Assembly: GCA_964388985.1 (NCBI GenBank)
Contig: CAYMCJ010000003.1
Span: 1,190 to 35,445 of the forward strand
Direction of reading: 5' to 3'
Length of the DNA: 34,256 nt
Source of the DNA: an uncultured Gammaproteobacteria bacterium
Lineage (GTDB): Bacteria > Patescibacteriota > Patescibacteriia > Patescibacteriales > CAYMCJ01
Below the pieces are notes generated by a model. The model was not told the origin of the DNA and did not search any database. It worked only from the letters and a program-made list of their open reading frames with translations. Shown here one piece after another: positions 25,974-30,889 of the stretch. Each line of letters begins with the position of its first letter. Position 1 is the stretch's first letter. Made by a program: the position numbers and the translations under genes.

Positions 25974-26372
25974 ATGGCCGAAGAACAAATTAGACTTTCT
26001 CAAGAAGAAGAAAAAATGTTAGCGAAATTGCGGGAAAAAGCCTGGGGGCTTTTTGAAAGGGATAAGCGCTTTAAGCGTTCATATAAACCCCCGACAGAAA
26101 AAGATAAAAGGTGCTATCTCGTTACCACGCCAGACGGCGATAGTCTTTATATCACGGTTTGGCCCCGGTTAAAAGAGCTTAAACCGCCGAAAGAAGGCTC
26201 CAAAAAAATTATGGTGAAAGTGAAAATAACAGACATAGCCGGAGAATATCACTCGCTTGCCAATTTCAAATCATTTACCCGCTTTGGCTGGCCTGCCGTT
26301 AACGGCGATTTCGGCGTCATCGCCCTGCTGAAAGCCTGGTTCAAAGGCTTTGATTGGGAAAGGAAGAACTAA
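25974..26372 (+). CDS. Hypothetical protein
   Basis: The track ORF starts at a TTG (25899) that coincides with a -35-like TTGACC. The ATG at 25974 (MAEEQIRL) is preceded by aaggagaaggagg and is the likely start (132 aa). No motif recognised. Confidence 0.6.
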   Translation: MAEEQIRLSQEEEKMLAKLREKAWGLFERDKRFKRSYKPPTEKDKRCYLVTTPDGDSLYITVWPRLKELKPPKEGSKKIMVKVKITDIAGEYHSLANFKSFTRFGWPAVNGDFGVIALLKAWFKGFDWERKN

Positions 26373-26382
26373 ACCTAATAAC

Positions 26383-26494
26383 AAAAAACAAGACGACCCC
26401 ACAAAAAAAGGACCGTCTTTTTTATTTTATTTAAATTGTAAAAATAATTCAGCGGATGCCGCGGTAGTCCCTAATGAAGACTACCGCGGAACTA
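26383..26494. repeat. Family D ~112-bp module (bidirectional terminator + 11-bp hairpin), copy 1
   Basis: aaaaaacaagacgacccc..aaaaaggaccgtcttttttattttatttaaa, 45 nt, then ctaccgcggaacta. It is colinear with 27796-27911, including an equal-length spacer. Confidence 0.7.
26390..26427. terminator. Bidirectional terminator inside family D copy 1
   Basis: AAGACG..CGTCTT stem flanked by A-run and T-run. Confidence 0.6.
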
Positions 26495-26519
26495 AAAAAC
26501 ACCGCCAAATCGGGCGGTG
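26492..26519 (-). terminator. Intrinsic terminator of the 4-Cys gene
   Basis: Minus strand CACCGCC-cgattt-GGCGGTG-TTTTTT. Confidence 0.7.
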
Positions 26520-26556
26520 GTTTTATAAACAGAGAATAAAATATTAGATTTAAAAA

Positions 26557-26745
26557 TTATTTCTCCTCAAAATAATTGCAATGTCCGTTTGGATTTACTT
26601 CTCCATATTCGCTTAAAGCCTCTGCAAAAGATTTGTCTTTGGGAACACAAACATTCTTGCCGTCTTTTGATTGATATTGACCGCAATTTTTGCATTGGGT
26701 GGATTCATCCGCCCAATTTTCTACGTATTGTACATCGTCTGACAT
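26557..26745 (-). CDS. Small acidic 4-Cys protein, HiPIP-like pattern
   Basis: 62 aa. QCKNCGQYQ ... CVP ... EVNPNGHCNYF resembles the C-x2-C ... C ... V-x-x-NG-(W/H)-C-x-(W/F) layout of high-potential iron-sulfur proteins. No signal peptide. It lies 18 nt downstream of the AbrB-type gene and has its own terminator. Confidence 0.45.
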   Translation of the reverse strand: MSDDVQYVENWADESTQCKNCGQYQSKDGKNVCVPKDKSFAEALSEYGEVNPNGHCNYFEEK

Positions 26746-26763
26746 AAATTTATATTTAATTAT

Positions 26764-26979
26764 TTAATCTTTTGATAGCTTATTTACAAAATCACCCATA
26801 ACATCAATTTTTAAGAGATTAAAGCCCTTATTATCCCGCCTTCTGACAATAATAAGCCTATCTCCTTTTTCTATTTTATATATTTTACGCAATTCCATTG
26901 GGATGGCAATCTGCCCTTTATCGGTTACGGTTACCATGCCAAAATAGCTAATTTTACGCTTACAGACTCCTTTTTTCAT
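26764..26979 (-). CDS. AbrB/MazE/SpoVT-family DNA-binding protein
   Basis: 71 aa. MVTVTDKGQIAIPMELRKIYKIEKGDRLIIV is the swapped-hairpin (looped-hinge helix) signature. The start may be M15. Confidence 0.8.
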   Translation of the reverse strand: MKKGVCKRKISYFGMVTVTDKGQIAIPMELRKIYKIEKGDRLIIVRRRDNKGFNLLKIDVMGDFVNKLSKD

Positions 26980-27011
26980 ATGTTTTTGATTAATTAAGAT
27001 ATTTCTTACTT

Positions 27012-27039
27012 ATCTTACCACACCTATTTTTTTTGTCAA
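27012..27039 (-). promoter_or_regulatory. Candidate promoter for the AbrB-type / 4-Cys gene pair
   Basis: Minus strand TTGACA, 16 nt, TAAGAT. Confidence 0.4.
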
Positions 27040-27074
27040 GTTATATTATTTAAAAATATTCAAATTCATTTTCT

Positions 27075-27104
27075 AAAATAAAAAATACCGCCAAACCGGC
27101 AGTA
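27075..27104 (-). terminator. Intrinsic terminator of the Y1 transposase-like gene
   Basis: Minus strand TACTGCC-ggttt-GGCGGTA-TTTTTTATTTT. Confidence 0.65.
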
Positions 27105-27138
27105 TTTAAAATTACATTACATATATAAATTTCCCAGA

Positions 27139-27771
27139 TTATTGCGGTCTGATTTCTCCTCCAAAGGCGGACAGGCATTCAGCCGGATTATAATAAATAT
27201 ATCGCCTAATTATTTGTAATGATTTTTGTTGGCGGACAATATGGTCATAAAATGACCTTTGCCATTTAAATTCAGCCAACCCGGATTCATGAATCATTTT
27301 TGATGATGCGGTTTTAAACGCGCCAATTATATTTGATAATGATAATATTTTAAAATTATTATTATTTATATTGGCCGTGGTAGGGACAGGTCTAGACCTG
27401 TCCCTACCAAACCTGTCCCTACCAAACCTGTCCCTACGGCTACGGCTACGGCCCGCCGCATTTTTAATTTTTTCCGAATTTATTAAAACAAGGCCGTGCA
27501 TGTGATTCGGCATTATTATAAATTGATCCAATTCTATATACGGATATTGTTGTTCCAGCCACAACCATTGTTGTCGCGCTATTTTCCCGTATTTATTTAA
27601 TATTGTTTTTCCATTTTTTACCTCGCCAAAATATTTAATTTTGTCTTTTACGCAAATCGTTACGAAATAATATCCGTCCCGCGAATAATCATAACCTTTC
27701 AGCCGGTTTAATTTCCGGGTATGCATTGGTAAAATTATTTTTTTCGCCTCCTTATAATAATACATATTCAA
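27139..27771 (-). CDS. IS200/IS605-type Y1 (HUH) transposase-like protein (RAYT-like)
   Basis: 210 aa. HUH motif in IIMPNHMHGLV and catalytic Tyr context WQRSFYDHIV. The likely start is M17 (27723). The loop between the motifs is encoded by a palindrome plus tandem repeats. Confidence 0.8.
   Translation of the reverse strand: MNMYYYKEAKKIILPMHTRKLNRLKGYDYSRDGYYFVTICVKDKIKYFGEVKNGKTILNKYGKIARQQWLWLEQQYPYIELDQFIIMPNHMHGLVLINSEKIKNAAGRSRSRRDRFGRDRFGRDRSRPVPTTANINNNNFKILSLSNIIGAFKTASSKMIHESGLAEFKWQRSFYDHIVRQQKSLQIIRRYIYYNPAECLSAFGGEIRPQ
27379..27455. repeat. Perfect 30-bp palindrome followed by 3 x 15-bp and 3 x 6-bp tandem repeats inside the Y1 transposase-like ORF
   Basis: ggtagggacaggtct|agacctgtccctacc (27379-27408). 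(a/g)aacctgtccctac(c) occurs three times (27394-27437), then ggctac three times. All are in frame and encode RRDRFGRDRFGRDRSRPVPT. Confidence 0.9.
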
Positions 27772-27795
27772 ATAATATCACGTTTTATTTAAAAT

Positions 27796-27911
27796 AAAAA
27801 AACAAGACGATCCCCTTAAATAAAAAGGACCGTCTTTTTTATTTTCTTTAAACCACAGAGATGATTTAATAAATATCGCAGTAATTCCTGGCGGAGGCTA
27901 CTGCGGAACTA
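27796..27911. repeat. Family D ~112-bp module, copy 2 (overlaps the stop codon of the 288-aa gene)
   Basis: aaaaaacaagacgatcccc..aaaaaggaccgtcttttttattttctttaaa, 45 nt, then ctactgcggaacta. Confidence 0.7.
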
Positions 27912-28764
27912 GCTTTTTCCAATCATTTCCTTTTTCAGCTTCTTCTATAATATTAAATATATAGTTTACATCGTCTCTGGTGTTACTCCAAGTCTTGTTT
28001 GGATGCGATGTAAATAACTCTTCAAGTGCTTTTTCAACCTCTTGAGATTTTTTAATAAACTCAGGAGTAATTTGCTGTCTTTCAGCTTTAACAAAAAGAA
28101 GTAAAGTGGTTTTTAAAAAAGTCCATAATAAAAAATATAAAAGATTAATCCCAATTTCTAAAAATTTTTTATCAAATTTTAATTGTAAACCTATTGGCGT
28201 TTTTTGCCCCTCATCATTAATTTTTTTTACTTCTAAACCAATCTGATATGCTTTACTATGGGTTATCGCGGACATAAGAGAATAATATTTTTCCCAATCT
28301 AATTTTAATTCTTCTTTTAAAAATCCAGTTAAATTAAACTCTTTCGTTCCGTTTCTTTTTTTTATAAAAACTGAATATCCTTCATCTGGATAACAAGATA
28401 AATATATTACCCTAATTAATGATTCATAAATAGACCTACTTAAAATAACCGAATCTCCATAATGCCCCTTTAATAAAAGGTCAAACGAAGAATTAAATGT
28501 TTCTAAACTATATGCAACTATTAAAAATTGAATAGATTTGCTGGCGTGCCAAGTTTCTTTTTTAATATAGTTTACTTTATAGACTAACCGCGTTAATAGG
28601 TCAAAAAAATCCTCAAATTGCTTTACAAACCGTCCATAATCTTTTAAAACTTTTTTTGTGTGATCATTTTCATATTTATTTATATTAACAGCAACACGGC
28701 TTGCTGGCGTGCTACATAATTTGTCCATTTTATCTTTTAAATTTATCCTATCTTTTTGACTCAT
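27898..28764 (-). CDS. Hypothetical all-alpha protein (orphan, very AT-rich)
   Basis: 288-aa ORF with no catalytic motif. The segment LLLKGHYGDSVILSRSIYESLIRVIYL is only loosely reminiscent of DUF5677-type helical proteins (uncertain). Its composition is visibly more AT-rich than the neighbours. Confidence 0.55.
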   Translation of the reverse strand: MSQKDRINLKDKMDKLCSTPASRVAVNINKYENDHTKKVLKDYGRFVKQFEDFFDLLTRLVYKVNYIKKETWHASKSIQFLIVAYSLETFNSSFDLLLKGHYGDSVILSRSIYESLIRVIYLSCYPDEGYSVFIKKRNGTKEFNLTGFLKEELKLDWEKYYSLMSAITHSKAYQIGLEVKKINDEGQKTPIGLQLKFDKKFLEIGINLLYFLLWTFLKTTLLLFVKAERQQITPEFIKKSQEVEKALEELFTSHPNKTWSNTRDDVNYIFNIIEEAEKGNDWKKLVPQ

Positions 28765-28892
28765 ATATTTAATTAAGTGATATGATAAATTATTATATTT
28801 TCTGCAATTAGAGTTATATAAAATAAAGATTATCTAATTTATTTAAAATTTACCAATATCTTCTCTGTGTAACTGCTAATCTCTTTATAGCC

Positions 28893-28928
28893 AAAAACCC
28901 CTGCCTAAAAAAGCATGGGGATTTTCTT
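28893..28928. terminator. Terminator-like hairpin in a divergent intergenic region (orphan)
   Basis: aaaaaCCCCTGC..GCAtGGGGattttctt. On the minus strand it is followed by TTTTTGG. Confidence 0.4.
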
Positions 28929-28977
28929 ATTAATTTAACTTTAACATTCTAACAATTTCCAGTCAATAATAACAGAA

Positions 28978-29015
28978 AAGACACTCAGTTTCGGGTACCC
29001 GAAACTGAGTGTCTT
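28978..29015. promoter_or_regulatory. Perfect 38-bp palindrome (candidate operator) in a divergent intergenic region
   Basis: aagacactcagtttcgggt|acccgaaactgagtgtctt. It ends 10 nt before the extended -10 of the wHTH gene. Confidence 0.6.
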
Positions 29016-29025
29016 AAATAATCTA

Positions 29026-29034
29026 TGATATAAT
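29026..29034 (+). promoter_or_regulatory. Extended -10 (TGaTATAAT) giving a probably leaderless wHTH transcript
   Basis: The TATAAT ends 6 nt before the ATG at 29041, and no SD is present. Confidence 0.45.
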
Positions 29035-29040
29035 ATAAAT

Positions 29041-29760
29041 ATGGAAAACGAAGAAGCCTCCTCCTGCGCCAAGGCTACGGAGGATAAAAAAATTAATACT
29101 CCGCCTCCTCCGCCTCCTCCCGCGCCCACTTCAAAACCCACCCCTCCTCCGCCTCCTCCACCAGAGGAAAAAATTGAAATTGTCCCAAAAGCGGTTGAAC
29201 CTATGACGGAACCGCCCGCGACTGTACCGGCTCCGGTACCGGAAGAAGAAAAAGAGGAGCTGGTTGAACCACTGCCGGCTACGGCTCCAGCGCCGCTTGT
29301 AGAGCCGGTTGTGGAGCAAGCCAAACAAACTGTTGAGGAAGCCAAACCCGTGGCTGAACCGTTAATAAAAACAGAAAAAACAAAACCAGTTAAACCCTTG
29401 CCTGCCCCGACTCCGGCGCCGCCGATTGCGGAATCCGCTCCAACTCCTTTGCCGCCGGCTTCACCGCCGCCGCCGCCAATTCAGACACCTGATTCCTTTT
29501 CAGCTCGTTTTAAAGCCAGAATTAAAGAACTCTTAACTATTGCCAGAAAAAAACGACATAGCCAAATTGAAAAAAATGAAAAAATAATTATGGATTTTGC
29601 TCTCCAGCACAACCGGATAAATAATAAAGACGCCCGCGAAATCACCGGCCTGTCCGACGAACGGGCCAGATTCTATTTAAACAGGCTGGAAAAAGAAAAC
29701 CGATTAACGCAAATAGGCAAAAAGGGGCCAAAAGTATTCTATATGCCGCTTAAAAAATAA
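29041..29760 (+). CDS. Pro-rich protein with C-terminal winged helix-turn-helix domain
   Basis: 239 aa. The N-terminal ~150 aa are P/A/E/T low complexity (PPPPPPPAP, PPPPPPPEEK, ASPPPPPIQ). The C-terminus IMDFALQHNRINNKDAREITGLSDERARFYLNRLEKENRLTQIGKKGPKVFY is wHTH-like. An extended -10 lies 6 nt before the ATG, and no SD is present. Confidence 0.65.
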   Translation: MENEEASSCAKATEDKKINTPPPPPPPAPTSKPTPPPPPPPEEKIEIVPKAVEPMTEPPATVPAPVPEEEKEELVEPLPATAPAPLVEPVVEQAKQTVEEAKPVAEPLIKTEKTKPVKPLPAPTPAPPIAESAPTPLPPASPPPPPIQTPDSFSARFKARIKELLTIARKKRHSQIEKNEKIIMDFALQHNRINNKDAREITGLSDERARFYLNRLEKENRLTQIGKKGPKVFYMPLKK

Positions 29761-29777
29761 CCATATCCAGCCAAAAC

Positions 29778-29814
29778 AATAATTCCCCCGTACACACTGT
29801 ACGGGGGAATTATT
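29778..29814. terminator. Bidirectional terminator after the wHTH gene
   Basis: 16-bp stem AATAATTCCCCCGTAC / GTACGGGGGAATTATT followed by a T-run. Confidence 0.7.
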
Positions 29815-29848
29815 TTAATCAAACGGTTTCAATATCTATCTTGCTAAT

Positions 29849-29880
29849 AAAAAAACCGCATTATCATCTTGATAATACGG
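29849..29880 (-). terminator. Intrinsic terminator of rplK
   Basis: Minus strand CCGTATTATCA-agat-TGATAATGCGG-TTTTTTT, 30 nt after the stop codon. Confidence 0.7.
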
Positions 29881-29909
29881 CTCTGATTTGGTTGCCTGTC
29901 TTTTGTTGG

Positions 29910-30344
29910 TCAATCCACCTCAATCCCCATGCTCCTGGCCGTACCCGCTATTGTGCGGCAAGCGGCCTCAAGGTTGTCTGTATTTAAGTCCGGCATTTTT
30001 ATCCTGACAATCTCTTCCAGTTGGCGCCTGGTAATTTTGCCGGCCATAACACGGTTTGGTTCGCCCGACCCTCTGAATGTTCTGGCGGCTTTCTTTAAAA
30101 GAAACGAAGCCGGCGGAATTTTGGTAATGAAGGAAAAACTCCTATCGGCGTAAACGGTTACTACCACGGGGATTATCACCCCCACTTGGTCTTGGTCCCG
30201 TGTTCTGGCATTAAACTCCTTGCAGAATCTACTAATATCAACTCCGTACTGGCCCAGTTGCGGTCCGACTGGCGGGGATGGATTGGCCCAGCCGCCTTTC
30301 AGTTGCATCTTGATAATAGCTATCACCCTCTTCCCTTTTTCCAT
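29910..30344 (-). CDS. rplK: 50S ribosomal protein L11 (uL11)
   Basis: 144 aa. [41 protein letters not shown] and [12 protein letters not shown] match uL11. It is not flanked by nusG or rplA. Confidence 0.92.
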   Translation of the reverse strand: MEKGKRVIAIIKMQLKGGWANPSPPVGPQLGQYGVDISRFCKEFNARTRDQDQVGVIIPVVVTVYADRSFSFITKIPPASFLLKKAARTFRGSGEPNRVMAGKITRRQLEEIVRIKMPDLNTDNLEAACRTIAGTARSMGIEVD

Positions 30345-30392
30345 TTTTACCTCCTTCTTGGTTTAATTTTCCATTACGGCCCTAACCCAAAA

Positions 30393-30602
30393 TCACTCCT
30401 CCGGCGGGATATATTGAAACAACGTCCATCCACCAGACTTAATCGCGGTGGCGATCTCAGCCAGCGATGCCTCCTTATCTACTCCAAAACGGGACGCCCA
30501 CTTACGCAGATTAAATTCATTAAAAGTACTCCCCCCGAACGGTCGGTGTTTAGGATCGTTCAAATCCAAATTAAGACTACCAATAATAACAAATTGTTTC
30601 AT
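30393..30602 (-). CDS. Small hypothetical protein upstream of rplK
   Basis: The track ORF extends to 30647. The ATG at 30602 (MKQFVIIGSLNLDL) has an AGGAG 8 nt upstream, giving 69 aa. No motif recognised. Confidence 0.5.
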   Translation of the reverse strand: MKQFVIIGSLNLDLNDPKHRPFGGSTFNEFNLRKWASRFGVDKEASLAEIATAIKSGGWTLFQYIPPEE

Positions 30603-30710
30603 GTTTTCTTCTCCTTTTTGTATATGATTAATAAAATGAGCTTTCATTAACTTAAATAAATATTAATAAAAAAGCTTAACTTAAAAATATGCTTTTGTCA
30701 AATGCAAATT

Positions 30711-30872
30711 GCTGCACCGCAGGGCGTTTACCCTGCGGGCAGCCGTTGCCTGCGCCAAAAGCTTGAGGGCATCATTCGCACCGCGCCCGCCTTGACGCTG
30801 TCAAGCGGTCGGGCGGGTGTCCCGTCCCGCTCCTCGCGAGGGGCGGTGATAGCGCGGGTTCGCGAAGCGAAT
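30711..30872. ncRNA. GC-rich multi-hairpin island, candidate structured RNA of unknown class
   Basis: A 13-bp bulged hairpin at 30711-30743. Nested helices 30774-30779/30867-30872 and 30781-30786/30852-30857 enclose hairpins at about 30787-30816 and 30827-30846. Strand unresolved. Confidence 0.35.
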
Positions 30873-30889
30873 AACATCAATAAACGAAT

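Noticed and set aside
26350-26547. 65-aa plus-strand ORF
   Set aside because: It spans two terminators and the family D hairpin, so coding is implausible.
27394-27455. Short tandem repeats considered as a mini CRISPR array
   Set aside because: The units are contiguous with no spacers, are only 15 and 6 bp long, and lie in frame inside a coding region. No cas genes are present.
28941-29345. 134-aa Gly/Ser-rich ORF on the minus strand
   Set aside because: It is the antisense reading of the Pro-rich coding region of the 239-aa wHTH gene (GGN codons opposite CCN). It runs through the 38-bp palindrome and has no start context.
30760-30790. Minus-strand UGAUGCC segment reminiscent of the fluoride (crcB) riboswitch 3-prime motif
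   Set aside because: The 5-prime GGnGAUGG..UUC..CC half and the pseudoknot partners are not present, and the downstream genes are not fluoride-related.
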